The position numbers were made by a program, and so were the translations under genes. A model generated the notes under the pieces. That model ran no database searches and had not been told where the DNA came from. It saw only the letters and a list, made by a program, of their open reading frames with translations. Below are positions 25,959 to 46,815 of a stretch of 64,000 nt of DNA, in pieces (the stretch's first letter is position 1; every line of letters begins with the position of its first letter). Source of the stretch: the human T2T-CHM13v2.0 reference genome, Homo sapiens; assembly GCF_009914755.1 (NCBI RefSeq), contig NC_060933.1. The stretch is one strand, 5' to 3'.

Positions 25959-28900
25959 TATTTTTACTTTATGTTTTTTTCTTTACTGCTGTGTAAATAC
26001 TTTTGATAATACCAGGTCTCTGCTTTTGGAGAACTTGAAGCTTTGAAGGTAGTCTAGATAGTCTTTATTTTTCTTCTATTTGTAAGAATTTTACAAGTGG
26101 AGAGCTTTAGTCTTCTAAGTTACCTATGATTTCTCATATTTAGATTCTTTTTAAAAGCTTTGCTTTATATTATATATCATGTGTTGTATATTAGTTAGTA
26201 TATTTTATGTTGGCTGTTTGACCACATAGTGACATAATGAACAAGAAGTTAAATTTCTGGAGAGCATTTTATGTTAGTTTTACACTCAATTGCGGAGACA
26301 ATCACTACCAGTAATACTAGGTACTTAAGTAATTGTTAGTGGTATTTTTAAGAGAATTAAGGTAAGATGGGACAATAATAAAGAAGAAGTTGTTAAAATT
26401 TTAATTTAATAAAGTACATTATTTAATATCAGCAATATCAAACTAAAGCAACTAATAAAATAGACATTTAGCCTAATGAATGTTTTAAATTCTAGTGAAG
26501 CTTTTTAACAGTTGCATTTCTTGAAAGGTGATTTTTTTATGTGCCTGAGCCAAAGAAGTTTTTATATATATGAAACATATATATAAAAGAATTTAAAAAT
26601 CTTATAAGCTTTATATCACTGTGTCTTAATCATCTTAACATGGATCAATGCTTTCTTAGATTAAAAAAAAACAAACAAACTCCCAATCCAATTTTATAAA
26701 TGCAGTACTGGATACCATAGAATCAAGGGAAAAGCAAACTGGAAAAAGAAATATCCATGGCTTTTATAAACCTCTTTACAACTAGGGGAGTTTATTATCA
26801 TGGGAAATAAGCTTAACTCAATAAGAAAAGAGAAAAGAGAAGATGCAAACCTAATTCTGAGAGAACTGAAGAATCTTCTGAAGATTATGGTAGAGAGAGA
26901 ACAGTCTTTGCAAATAAATTCTGAATTGCTTCTGTCAGTCATATTCTATATTATAGTAACATAAAAAAGGGTAAAAGGTAGCATCTTTCTCTAAATGCGT
27001 ACTATCTTCAACTGAAAATGGAAAAGTTGTATTTTACCTTTCATAATTGTTGATAAAGACCACCTTGTATGATTCATCTTTTTAAAGCCATCATGTGTTT
27101 GTAGGAATCATTTTCAAAGGTCCATTTGCATAGATTACTAACTATAAAATAGGTAAATGATGAAATCACCTGTGTTATACAGTCATAGGTATTACACATT
27201 TAAATGCAGCATTTTATGTTTATAATAAATTTTAAGATTGGAACTTCAGTTAAAAATTTGGTAAATACTCAAGTTTTTTTTGCCAGAAAAGGTAGAGATA
27301 ATTTTTAAAGAAGGTAAATCAGTTTATTATCATGTTAATCAGAATTTGCCACCACAAATTCTGTTCCTGATATTTCTTATTTTTATTATCTGTGGGTTTT
27401 TTGATTATACCTAGAAGTAATAAAACTTTTTCTTCATTAAACTCTTTTATAATCTGAGTGGTATACTTCATTTCTTGCTGAATAAAAAAATTACAGTGTT
27501 CTCCAGTTTATTTCTATTGTCAGCCTATTGTCCTCATATATCCCTTCTGAAACCGTTAAGGCTCTGTTACCATCCTCAGTGACTTTAACTTTGAATTTTC
27601 TACCTTCAGAACTGCATAGTTAATCATGATCAAGATGACTGGCACAGAGAACTCTGAATCTTTCTATGTTCTGCTATGCTTTATATGAGCCTGTTTATGT
27701 AAAATAATCTAGGGGATTCTGGAAAACAAATATGTTTTGGCCATTAATAAAACAGTTACAGATGAATTGTAGTTCAGAGAAGTAAGTAGAAGGAATATCC
27801 TTTAGCGACAAATGAATTTTTGTCTACAACACAGGTCTTTTGCTTACTCCTAATGGAAATGCTTATAGATGTGTCAGGACTCGTTTTGGCCTTTGGGCCA
27901 AGGACCTAGTATGGCATCTGGCATATAGTAGGTACTCTATAAATGTTCCATTCTGCTTTTTAGTTGACCTATATAGTAAAATAAGTATCAATGAGATCAT
28001 CATGAAAAGTTATAAACCTATTCATTTGTTTTTAATAATCTTTTGTTTTTATGCAGTCACATTTGTTTAATGGGATTGAATATAAATGTAAAATGTTTGG
28101 ACTTCTATGAGGGTACAATAAAGTGGATAGGACTTCCTGACCAATTCACTTCCAAGACCAGTTGGACTTCCTTCCTCTTCTCTTTTACATGGCAGTTCCC
28201 GTGTTCTGAGTCACAAAGCAGCATTAATTTTGTCTCTGAGTTGTTTTTCTAATGTACTGTGCTGGCCACATGGAAAGTAGGAGAGCTACTTAAAAAAAAA
28301 CACCACCTTCAAATTAGAATGCCTTATTAAGATTTAAAATATTATGTATCATACGAGGCCCCTTATGTAAAATATATCATGTTATTTTAAAAGTCAAATG
28401 AGAACATACACGAGAGTTCTTTGAAAACTGTAGCATATTAATATTTAACTCTAGGCATAATCTCCTCAGTGACATTAATGTAAATACACTCTGTCATGTA
28501 GAAGTGACATTAGAAATATAAATGCTTACATTTAAAAAGCCAACATTGAAGGTCAGACTAATTGAATAATATTATTGTTTCTTAACATGTTTGATTAGAA
28601 CAAGGATGATAAATAGTAAAGGGCTTATAGACAGTTCTTAATTATGACCCTTCAATATATGACTCTAGCGATTAAGTGATTTAATACTGTGATGCCTGTT
28701 TTACAAATACTTATCAAATACTTGGAGACTCTGACCCTCTGAGGCATCTTTTTTGGTAATAAAAATCCTTTGAGACCTTCTGTTTAAGGGCTCAAAAGAT
28801 AGTATTAACAAGTGTGCCCCCCTTCCCTGCCCAGGTAAAGAATAAGTGTTATATTTAAATATTAACATGCATATAATAAAATATTAACAGCTATTAAAAT

Positions 28901-29753
28901 GTAACAAAATAAAATACACTTATCATTAAAATAAGCATCGTAGAATTAATCAGTCTATGATGATTCAGTCCCTTGGAATCACCTTTTTGTAGATGGATTA
29001 TTACTATATTTATTACTTATGAAAACATCTATTAAAGGGAATTATCAGGTGATAAAATCTGGAAAAATAATCATTTTCTATTTATACAAGTTATTGATAC
29101 GTTTGGGGTAAACTTTGTGCAACTAATGAGGAAACTAACATACAACACACTCCTGAGGAAATCATTAACTAGTATGTACTCATGATAATTCATCTCATTT
29201 TTCTTGATGTCTATTTTGGTGGACTAAATTTCATATCTCAGTTTTTCTGCTTGACTAATTGTTTTAAGTTCAAATCCTCTAAGCTGAATATATTTGGGGA
29301 TAACAGAATGTAGTAGAAACTGTTTTGTTTACTCAATCTTTCAGCACATTCATTGTACACATATGTTTTCATAACTTTTGTGAAACTTTTGGAAGAGGCC
29401 CATGGAAACCATAGAACCAAATGTGACGTGGAGAACATCTGGGTATGTTTGGTTAGTTCTGCTGCTGAATTGGAGTCTTCAGCTCATTCCTGGTTTATAA
29501 TAAAGTAACATGTATCAAAGGGTTGGATAGGAGACATTCTTCTCTATATTGCCCTCTTGAAAGACTGAAAACCCCCTTTTCTTAAGTGTACTAGATGATC
29601 TAATTGGGCTTAATATGATTTAGTGAGATATAAATTACACCAAAAAAGAGGTAGAGTAACACCTACTATTTACTAAAATAAAAATCTCTTGGCAGTACAT
29701 TGCTGTAGGAAAGGACATGGCAGTCAGCTTATAAATGACAAAATATGTGATAA

Positions 29754-30123
<370 letters not shown>

Positions 30124-30159
30124 TTATAGGCAAAGCTGTATATAGTTAAATTAACCTGT

Positions 30160-30232
30160 AGTATATATATGAACATATATGTGTGTGTGTATATATATAC
30201 ACATATGTATACACGTATATATATATATACAC

Positions 30233-30283
<51 letters not shown>
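30160..30283. repeat. Compound (TA)n/(TG)n/(CA)n microsatellite
   Basis: Read directly. Confidence 0.95.
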
Positions 30284-30285
<2 letters not shown>

Positions 30286-30957
30286 TTTTAACCAGAATTT
30301 TGTTCCGCTTTCTGCCCTTTCTTTGTTGATTACATTAGGATTGGATGCCTATGAAACAGTTTATGAATGTTACACTAGTTCTCCTAGGTGGTATTGGAAA
30401 AAATTTTTTTGAGCAGCATGTTGATGTTCCTCTAGCACCCTCTGCTGGATTTGAGAATTAATTCATTGGACTAGAAGATTTAAAAAAATTATTAAGAAGG
30501 CTTAAATTTAATTATGTCTATCAACAAACCCTACTCTTGGAAGGAGTTTGTTTAAAGATTTGAAGATTTTTTGCTGTCCTTACTGAGTAATTGATAGTTT
30601 CAGTAATAATAAGCACCTTATAATTTTCTGACATTTCATTTAAAATGAGAAGTTGTGAAAATAAAGACATGATCTCCAGTTTATTATTTCAACCCCCTGT
30701 GTTTTGCTCTAAGCAGGAAAAACAGAACCTCTTTTTGATTTTTGGAGTGAAAACTAGATCATTAATTAACTAATTAATATATGTACAAGAAGTGAAAACT
30801 TGAATTTTTGATTCATTATAGAATCACTGAATATTCTGCATTTAACAAAATATATGACTATCATTTTGATAAAGAAGCATATATGCTTTTTGGAATCTGA
30901 GAAAATATTTTAAAATTGTTAGCCTTGTTTTTTTTCTCTCTGTGCCCTTTATTTGCT

Positions 30958-31055
30958 TTTTTTTTAAAAAAATTTAGTTCCATAGGTTTTTGGGAAACAG
31001 GAGGTGTTTGGTTACATGAGTAAGTTCTTTAGTTGTGGTTTGTGAGATTTTGGTC
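30958..31055 (-). mobile_element. Tiny L1PB-like 3' end
   Basis: cataggtttttgggaaacaggaggtgtttggttacatgagtaagttctttagt is an L1PB-type 3' terminus. Confidence 0.7.
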
Positions 31056-31449
31056 CTTTGCTAGCTTTTAAAATCATTTATTCTCAATCCTATGGGCTAT
31101 TTCCTTGTGACTGGCTAGACTTTTTTTTGACTTACAGAAACTAAAATGAGTATACTAGGTACTGAGAAAACTGACTTCAGTTCTTTAAGGGCAAGAACCT
31201 TATCCTTTATACTTTCTTAAAGAAAAAATTAGCATTGGGCCCATCTGGGATAATGCTCATTCTGGTGTGGGCTAAACATAATAATTTCTCTGCTACAGTA
31301 TGCATCATGCTTTATACCTACAACCTCTGGGGGACCCTTGTTCTAAGGCTTCAAAGTCAGCATTTAGAAATAACTTTTTTTCCACAATGAGAATCAGAAG
31401 TTTAATTTAGGTGGCTGCCACTTCTTGACATTCCAATCAGGGATTCTTT

Positions 31450-32153
31450 ATTTTTCAATTGAGATATACTTCACATATCATAAAACTCACCCTTTAAAAG
31501 TATACAATTCAATGCTTTTAATATATTCACTATACTGTGCAACTATTACCACTATCTAATTCCAGAGCGTTTTCATCACCCCACTAAGAAATTTCATATA
31601 CATTAGCAGCTACTGCCCTTTTCGTTCTCTCCTTCTTCCCTATCCTCCTGCAACCACTTAATATACTTTTTGTCTCTGGATTTGCCTATTCTGGACAATT
31701 CTTATCAATGAAATCATACAGCATGTGGTCTTTTGTATTTGACTTCTTTTACTTTTTTTATATATGCTTTCAAGGTTAATCCATGGTATCACATTTATTG
31801 GTACTTCATTCCATTTTCTTGCTGGATAATATTCCATTCTATGGATTCACAACATCTTGTTTATTCATTCATTGGTTGATGGACATTTGGGTGCATTCCA
31901 TCTTTGGCTGTTATAAAAAATGGTGCTATAAACTTTTGTGCATAATTTTTTGAATCTGTTTTCATTTCTCTTGGGCAAATATATAGGAATGTAATTGCTG
32001 GGTCATATGGTAACTCTATGTTTAATTTTTTGAGCAGCTACCAAGCTGTTTTCCACAGCAGCCAAACCATTTTACATTCCTATCAGTAATGTATGAGGTT
32101 TCTAGTTTTTCCAATTTTCTTCCAGTATTTTCTGTTATTTAAATTATAGCCAT
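31450..32153 (-). mobile_element. Ancient L1MB-like 3' region (continues after L1 copy C, to about 40710)
   Basis: Antisense L1M 3'UTR motifs, resuming at 38327 beyond the TSD. Confidence 0.7.
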
Positions 32154-32157
32154 CTGG

Positions 32158-38313
<6,156 letters not shown>

Positions 38314-38609
38314 AAATTATAGCCATGTAGTGGGTGTGAAGGTATCTCTTCATGTTTTTAGTTTTCATTTCCCCAGTGACTAATAGTTTTGAGCATTATT
38401 TCATACAGTTATTGGTCATTTACATATCTTTTTTAGACAAATGTCTAAGTCCTGTACTCATATTTTGAGTTGTCCTTTTATCGTATGATTTCTTTTTTTA
38501 TTCTGGATACTAGAACGTGCTCAGATATATGATTTGTAAGTATTTTCTCCCATTCTTTAGGTTATCTTTTCATTTTCCTAATAAAGTCCTTTGATACACA
38601 TGTTTTTTG

Positions 38610-39700
38610 TCTTTTAGTTTTAATTTTGTATTGTTACATAAAATTTATATATATTTATGGGGTACATGTGTTTTTTTTATGTGCATAGAATGAAATTATC
38701 AAGTCACTAGTTAGGCTATTCATCATCTTGAACATTGATCATTTCTATGTGTTAGGAATATTTCAAGATCTCTCTTCCAGCTATTTTAAAATATACAATA
38801 CATTGTTGTTAACTGTAGTCACCCTACTCTGCTATCTAACTTTAGGACTTATTCCTTCTAACTGTATGTTTGTACCCATTAGTCAATCTGTCTTCCCTGC
38901 CACCCACACCCTGACACCCTTTCCAGCCTCTGATAACTATCCTAACTGTCATTCTACTCTCTACCTCCTTGAGATTAACTTTTTTTACTTTTATTTTTTA
39001 ATTTTTTAGAATTTTTTTTTTTTTGAGATGAAGTCTCACTGTCTCACCCAGGCTGGAGTGCAGTGTGCAATCTCCACTCACTGCAACTTCCACCTCCCGG
39101 GTTCAAGTGATTCTCCTGCCTCAGCCTCCTGAGTAGCTGGGATTACAGGTGCCCGCTACGACACCTAGCTAATTTTTGTATTTTTAGTAGAGACAGGGTT
39201 TTGCCATGTTGGCCAGCCTGGTCTTGAACTCCTGACCTCAGGTGATCTGCCTGCCTCGGCCTCCCAAAGTACTGGGATTACAGGCGTGAGCCACCGTGCC
39301 TGGCCTATAGTTTTTTTTTTTTAATAGAGATGAGATCTCACTTTTTTATAGAGATTTTGCTCAGACTGGTCTTGAACTCCTGACCTCAAGCAATCCTCTC
39401 ACCTCAGCCTTCCAAAGTGCTAGGATTACAGGCATGAGCCACCATGCCCAGCCGAGATTAACTTTTTTAGCTCTCACATACGAGTGAGAACGTGCGATAT
39501 TTGTCTTTTTGTGCCTGGCTTATTTTACTTAACATAATGACCTCTAGTTCCATTCATATTGCTGCAAATGACAGCATTTCACTCTTTTTTTTATGGCCAA
39601 GTAGTATTCCATTGTGTATATATAACCCACTTTCTTTATTCATTTGTTGATGGACACCTAGGTTGATTACATACCTTTGCTATTGTGAATAGTGTTGTAA
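38610..39700 (-). mobile_element. L1MA-like 3' fragment interrupted by nested Alus
   Basis: tatttatggggtacatgtg...ttaactgtagtcaccctact...tgtgcctggcttattttacttaacataatgacc. Confidence 0.7.
38987..39453 (-). mobile_element. Alu monomer (FLAM/AluJ left arm, 39311-39453) with an AluS (39012-39305) inserted in its tail
   Basis: Outer TSD gagattaactttttt (from 38971 / from 39454); complete inner dimer. Confidence 0.85.
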
Positions 39701-39814
39701 TAAGTTTTTAATTTCTATGAAGTTGTTTGTTTGTTTGTTTGTTTGTTTATTTATGCTTGTGCTTTTGCTATCTGAGAATCCATTGCCAAATCTAAGGTCA
39801 TGAAGATTTTTGGA

Positions 39815-40016
39815 TTTTTTTTGAGACAGGGTCTTGCTGTATTGCTGAGGCTGGAGTGCAGTGGCATGATCTCAGCTCACTGAAGTCTCAACCTCCTGGG
39901 CCCAAGCCGTCCTTTCCACTTTAGCCTCCCAAGTAGCTGGGACCATAAGTGTGCCTCACCACACCCGGCTAATTTAATTTTTTTGTAGAGACCAGGTTTG
40001 ACTATGTTGCCCAGAC
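39815..40016 (-). mobile_element. Truncated AluJ-like
   Basis: Right arm plus part of left arm. Confidence 0.8.
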
Positions 40017-40346
40017 TATAAAGATTTACCCCTATGTTTTCTTCTAAGAGTTTTATGGTTTTTAGCTCATATATTTAGGTCATTGATCCATTTAGAATTT
40101 ATTTTTTTATATGATATGAGGTATGGGATCCAAATTTATTCTTTTGCCTATTTATATCCAATTGTCTCAGCATCATTTAATGAAAAGATGAATCTTTTCC
40201 ATTGAGTGGTGATGGCACCATTGTCAAAAATAAATTGACCACCCATTCATGAGTTTATTTCTGGACTGTCAGTTCCTTTCTGTGGATCTATATGAATCTA
40301 TATGTGTATCCTTTTGCTGGTACCACATTGTTTTGATTATTGTAGC

Positions 40347-40653
<307 letters not shown>

Positions 40654-41007
40654 TAGTGAGTTTTGCAATTATGACATATGTCTTCCATCTTTATTCTTCT
40701 TTTTCAAGATTGTCATGTTAACGTTTTGATAAGTCTTTAGTAAAGAAAATTGTTTGGCTTAATTTTGTGTTTCTCACATGCTTCTGATGATGTAATTGCT
40801 TTTTTATATAATAGCTAAGAACATCCTGTGGGACTGGTATTCTGTGGAAACATTTTTTGAGAAGGGTGGGAAAAAAGTGACTATGTGGGGAATATTTTCT
40901 TTGCCTTATCTTATCACGTCAGCAATATATGTAGGAATAGTTTGAGTTAAACTCCCACTTCCCATTTACTTTTTCTGTTTAGTCGTGAAAGTCTTAATTC
41001 ATTCTAG

Positions 41008-41338
<331 letters not shown>

Positions 41339-41684
41339 TAATTTTGTTAATTGGGTAAATAATGATACCATTGCCATACTACCCCCTTAACTTTAATAAC
41401 TTTGCTTTTGTTGTTTAAAAAATGTTTCTCAATATGGAAAATTTCACACATACATGAAAGTAGAAAGAATATTATAGTGAACCAAGTGCCTATGATTTAG
41501 CTTCAACAGTTATCAGCTTATGACCAATCTTATTTTATGAACACTAACCCCCACCCCTAACTCCCAGTTTGATTATTTTAAACCATATCTAGACATTATA
41601 TAGTTTCATCCCTGAACACTTTAGTATGTATTTTTTAAAAGATAAGGGTTTATTTTATTTATTAATTAAAAAAATTTACTTAGT

Positions 41685-41801
41685 TAATTCTTTTATAGAG
41701 ATGCAGTTTTTCTCTGTTGCCCAGGCTGGTCTCAAACTCTTGGCCCCAAGCAGTCCTCTCACCTCATCTTCCCAAAGTGACGGGGGCCACTGTGCCTGGC
41801 C
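41685..41801 (-). mobile_element. Alu left monomer (FLAM-like)
   Basis: gttgcccaggctggtctcaaactc...cccaaagt...gccactgtgcctggcc. Confidence 0.7.
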
Positions 41802-42560
41802 CAAAGATTGGGGTTTAAAAAAATTCTAATCATTATCACACCTAAAAAGTAATAATAATTCCTTAGTTACATCAGATATCCAAATGTCCTCATTTCTTGG
41901 TTTTCAGAGTGTTTTGAGTCTTCAGACAAAACTGTGAATATTTACTAGTTTCACCTTTCAGCGGAATGCCTGTTATTTTTAAATACTCTAGTAGTATAAA
42001 TTATAAATGTCAGATTTTATTCAAAGTATTATTTTATCCTTTGGATTTAAATTACCTTGAGACCCAAAAGGATCATATTTGGATTTATTGCTTTCTGTAA
42101 AAAAAAAAAACCAAAACTATTTTCTAGTATAATAGCTCATTAAGAAATATTTTCCATAGGGTTGTAGAATCTAAATAAAGCAAATAGTTCATTGTAAAAG
42201 AATATTTTGTGATTTTCATGTTTGCAAAACACAGAGTGATTATATCCTGAAGCAGGATTACTCCATGACTGTGAAGGCCATCAGAACCAGGTGCATCTAC
42301 AAAGGCCTCTAGAGAAGAAGGGATGTTTGTGTTTATGCTCTGCACTATGATAGTCATTATGGGAATGATTTGCTCAGAAAGAAGTATAGTCATTTCTAAG
42401 TTATTCACAGACTGCTTGATTAGTTTGTGGATTATTCAGTTTTTATTTCTATTTCTTTTCATTGTGATCCATTACCATCTTTGTCTGTAAACAAAAAGAA
42501 ATGGTGGGAGAGAAGGAAAGTCAGATTAATCAAGTTGAACATTAATAAAAACTTGGCTAA

Positions 42561-43087
42561 GGGGGTGGAGCCAAGATGGCCGAATAGGAACAGCTCCAGT
42601 CTATAGCTCCCAGCGTGAGCGACGCAGAAGACGGGTGATTTCAGCATTTCCAACTCAGGTACTGGGTTCATCTCACTGGGGAGTGTTGGAAAGTGGGTGC
42701 AGGACAGTGGGTGCAGTGCACTGAGCGTGAGCCGAAGCAGAGTGAAGGATATGAACAGATGAGTTCATGTCCTTTGTAGGGACATGGATGAAGCTGGAAA
42801 CCATCATTCTGAGCAAACTATTGCAAGGACAAAAAACCAAACACCGCCTGTTCTCACTCTTAGGTGGGAATTGAACAATGAGAACACATGGACACAGGAA
42901 GGGGAACATCACACACCGGAGCCTGTTGTGGGGTCGGGGGAGCAGGGAGGGATAGCATTAGGAGATATACCTAATGTTAAATGACGAGTTAATGGGTGCA
43001 GCACACCAACATGGCACATGTATACCTATGTAACTAACCTGCACATTGTTCACATGCACCCTCAAACTTAAAGTATAAAAAAAAAAA
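42561..43087 (+). mobile_element. Internally deleted mini-L1PA ('copy F'): 5'UTR start + ~18-nt ORF2 island + 3' end
   Basis: L1 5' terminus, then gtgaaggatatgaacaga, then gatgagttcatgtcc through the 3'UTR to poly(A). TSD aaaaacttggct(a/t)aggg (42547-42563 / 43083-43099). Confidence 0.92.
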
Positions 43088-43439
43088 CTTGGCTTAGGGT
43101 AAATGGTTTAGTAAATATAATGAATATTAATTTATTTTTTCGCCAAATTTCATCTAGGAAGGGAAATCAAATTAGTAATGCCTTTTTCTGTCCCTATTGA
43201 ACTACCCCATTGACAGATAGGACTCTAGGCATGGCTTTTCTTTGCTACTGTTATGTTGAGACATGCTGGATGTTCCCATAGTTCTGTTTTTCTGTCCCGA
43301 ACAGATTCTTGGTCATGACCGATTCCCTTTTTGGGACTAGTAATCCGCTACTTCCCAGGGGTGCATTTTCTGAACAAAAATTGTATTCAAAAATAAAGAT
43401 CTTGACTTCTGCTTCTGTCCAGAAACTGACTCTTGCCTG

Positions 43440-44835
43440 AAAAACTGATAAATTAGACTTCATCATAATGAAAAGTTTTGGTTTGCAAGTGATACTGTTA
43501 AGAGAAGGAGAAGACAGGACGTAGACTGGGAGAAAACATTTGCAAATCATGTATCTAACAAAGGACTTGTTTTCAGATTGTATAATGAACTTTTAAAGCT
43601 CAGTAATACGAAAATAAACAGCTCAATTAAAAAATGGTGAAAATATTTGAACATATACTTCTTCAAAGAAGATACACAGTTGGCAAATAGGTACATGAAA
43701 AGATGCTCAGTGTCATTAGTCATTGGGGCAATGCAAATTAAAACTAAAATGAGATAACCACTACATGCCTATTTGATTGTCTATAAAACCTCAAGAAACC
43801 AAAAACAGAAAATGACCGTAGCAAGTGTTGGTGAGGATGTGGAACAATGGAAAATTTCAAAAATTGGTGTTAGTAATCTAAATTGGCACCATCGCTTTGG
43901 AAAACAGTGTGGCAGTTTCATAATATTCAATATGGCTGGGTGCGGTGGCTGACGCCTGTAATCCTAGCACTTTGGGAGGCCGAGGCGGGCAGATCACGAG
44001 GTCAGGAGATCGAGACCATCCTGGCTAGCACGGTGAAATCCCGTCTCTACTAAAAATATAAAAAATTAGCTGGGCGTGGTGGCCGGTACGTGTAGTAGTC
44101 CCAGCTACTTGGGAGGCTGAGGCAGGAGAATGGTATGAACCCGGGAGGTAGAGCTTGCAGTGAGCCTAGATGGCGCCACTGCATTCCAGCCTGGGTGACA
44201 GAGCGAGACTCCGTCTCAAAAAAAAAAAAAAACAAATCAATATGTACCTGTCATTTCACCCATTCATTCCATTCTTCACTATTTACCCCAGAGAAATGAA
44301 AGTGTGTGTCTCTACAAAGTCTTGCACACAAATGCTCATAGCAGCTTTATTTGTAATTGCCTAAACTGGAAACAAGTCAAATGTCCATCAGTAGGTGAAC
44401 AGATAAACCAATTGTGGTCTATTAATAAAGTGGAACACTATTTAACAGTGAAAATGAATGAACTATTGATGCATGCAACCACATGGATGGGTCTCAAAAT
44501 AATTATGTAAGGGGAAAGAAGCCTGGCAATAAAAAGCATAATATATGATTCAATTTATATACAACTCCAGAAAATGCAAACCTCTCTGTAGTGACAAAAA
44601 GCAGATTCGTGATTACTTGGGTATGTGGTGGGGTGGTGAGGGCTGGAGGAAGGCATTACCAAGAGACATAAGGAATCTTTTAAGAGTGATGGAAATGTTT
44701 CCTATATTGATTGTGGCAGTGATTTAATGGATGTGTACGTGTTTGTGTGTGTGTGTGTATAAAAATTTATCAAAAAGTATATTTTCACTATGTGTAGGTT
44801 ATTATATGTAAGTTATACCTCTATAAAGTGTAAAG
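43440..44835 (+). mobile_element. Ancient L1MD/ME-like 3' region
   Basis: Degenerate ORF2 end and 3'UTR motifs (gactgggagaaaa.atttgcaaatcat; atgcaaattaaaac; aaactggaaacaa). Interrupted by an AluY. Confidence 0.75.
43934..44234 (+). mobile_element. AluY-like
   Basis: gatcacgaggtcaggagatcgagaccatcctggcta; poly(A). Confidence 0.92.
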
Positions 44836-44965
44836 AAAAAAAAGCAGGCTCTGGAAGCATTCTTCCTGAGCATGAATTTTACATTCCATTCTTGCAAAGA
44901 AAAAAAAAAATGAGGCTGCAAGTCCACTAATCTAAAGTGTTAATTATAATGCTGGACTGTAGTGA

Positions 44966-45151
<186 letters not shown>

Positions 45152-45292
45152 TAATTTGTGTTATAACAGCTGGGAAAAACAGCACTGTGTTCAGAGAACG
45201 AAGGTGTGCATTGAGAATGGGTAACATATTGTTATGACACTCATTATTGTATATAAGGTTAGGATACAGTTGAGATATGCTACCTTAGTGGA

Positions 45293-45440
45293 GGAGTTGG
45301 CACACTATAGCCTACAGGCCAGGTCTCACCCACTGTCTGTTCTTGTGAAGTTTTGTCTTGTCCATAGCTACTTTTGTGGCAGAGTGGAGTAGTTGTGACA
45401 GAGAACTTACCTGGCAGTCTGCAAAGAAATTTGCAGATTG
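45293..45440 (+). mobile_element. MER58-like (hAT-Charlie) decayed copy
   Basis: gttggcacactatagcc...ggcagagtggagtagttgtgacagaga. Confidence 0.55.
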
Positions 45441-45798
45441 GAGTGTTCTTTTACGGCTGTGGGATGGATTTCTTTTTGAGAACGTTGAAAAAATGTGCAT
45501 GTTATTTATTGAGTGCATATCCTATGCATATCACTGTATTAAGAGCTGAAGGTGTAAAGATGAATGAGCTCCTTTTGTAACTTACATTTTGTTGTCAGAG
45601 ATACTATATATCTATCTCCAGATATATAGATGCTTACATAGAAGTACAAAATACTGAAATACAATGGGAATATAATAAAGAAAAGGATTAAATCTGGGAG
45701 GGGAATTAAATGGAGGCCTCCTAAGGAAATTATCCTTTTTGCTATGCTTTAGAGAATGAGAAGGAATTTCTAAGAGAAGTGAGAGCAGGGCATTTTAT

Positions 45799-45990
45799 TA
45801 GGGGTTGGCACACTACTGCCCATGGGCCAAGTCTGACCTGCAGCCTTTTTCTGTAAAGTTTTATTAGAAGATAGCCATGCCCATTTGTTTACATATTGTT
45901 TATGGGTGCTTGTCGAGACAGACCTTATGGTCCACAAAAACTGAAATATTTACTCTGTGGCCCTTTACAGAAAATGTTTACTGACCACTG
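45799..45990 (+). mobile_element. MER58A-like (hAT-Charlie)
   Basis: taggggttggcacactac...gccatgcccatttgtttacatattgt...ggccctttacagaaaatgttt. Confidence 0.75.
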
Positions 45991-46345
45991 TTCTGAACAA
46001 CTGCTTGGATAAAGCCACTAAATAAAATGTACTTGTTTATTTTTGAGGAATACTTGCAGTGTTGAGTGGTAGAGCTTAGGGAAAAGTTTGGAGATAATGG
46101 TGGGAAGGCATGATGAAGACTAATTATGGAAGTCCTTTTTCGTGCTAAGAAACTTAGACTTATTTTGAAAGCAATGGAAAGCCACTGCAGCTTTTGGGAC
46201 AGACAGATATGAAATCTAAGTTTAGGAAAATAACTCTGGTGCCATATTGGTAGATAAAGGAAGGGAGTGAAGATAGGAGGCTGGGTGAAGAGATGATGAA
46301 CACCTGAATCAAGACAACGACTGTAGCAATGGAAAAGAGGGCTCC

Positions 46346-46815
46346 TGTGGCAGAATAACAGTCCCTCAAAGATGTCCACATCTGCCCTTATCCTCAGAAC
46401 CTGTGAATATGTTACCTTACATGGCAAATGGGACTTTGCAGATGTGATTTATTTGAGGATCTTGAGATGGGAGTTTGTCCCAGTTTATCTAGTTGAGACT
46501 GATGTAATCATAAGAGTCCTTATAACAGGGAGGCAGGAGGGTCACAGTCAGAGGCAGAGATGTGATGACAGAAGCAGAGGTCAGAGTAGGTCACCATGAA
46601 CCCAGGAATGTGGGTGGCCTCCAGAAGTTAGAAAAGGCAAGACAAGATTTCTTCCCTAGAGTCTCCAGAAGGAATGGAGTCTTGCTGACACGTGACTTTA
46701 GCCCCAGAAGACCCATTTCAGAATTTTGACCTCCACAACTGTAAGATAATACATTTATGTTGTTTTAAATTGCCAATTTGTGGTAATTGGTAATAGCAGT
46801 GATTGGAAAGGTACA
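46346..46815 (+). mobile_element. MLT1D-like MaLR solo LTR, within L2-like fragments
   Basis: tgtggcagaataa...aaagatgtccac...aacctgtgaatatgttaccttacatggcaaa.gggactttgcagatgtgatt...ctccacaactgtaagataa. Confidence 0.8.

Noticed and set aside
42740-42760. Mini-L1 as a canonical spliced L1 integrant
   Set aside because: The junctions do not fall at GT/AG boundaries or the known 5'UTR donor. Microhomology fits better.
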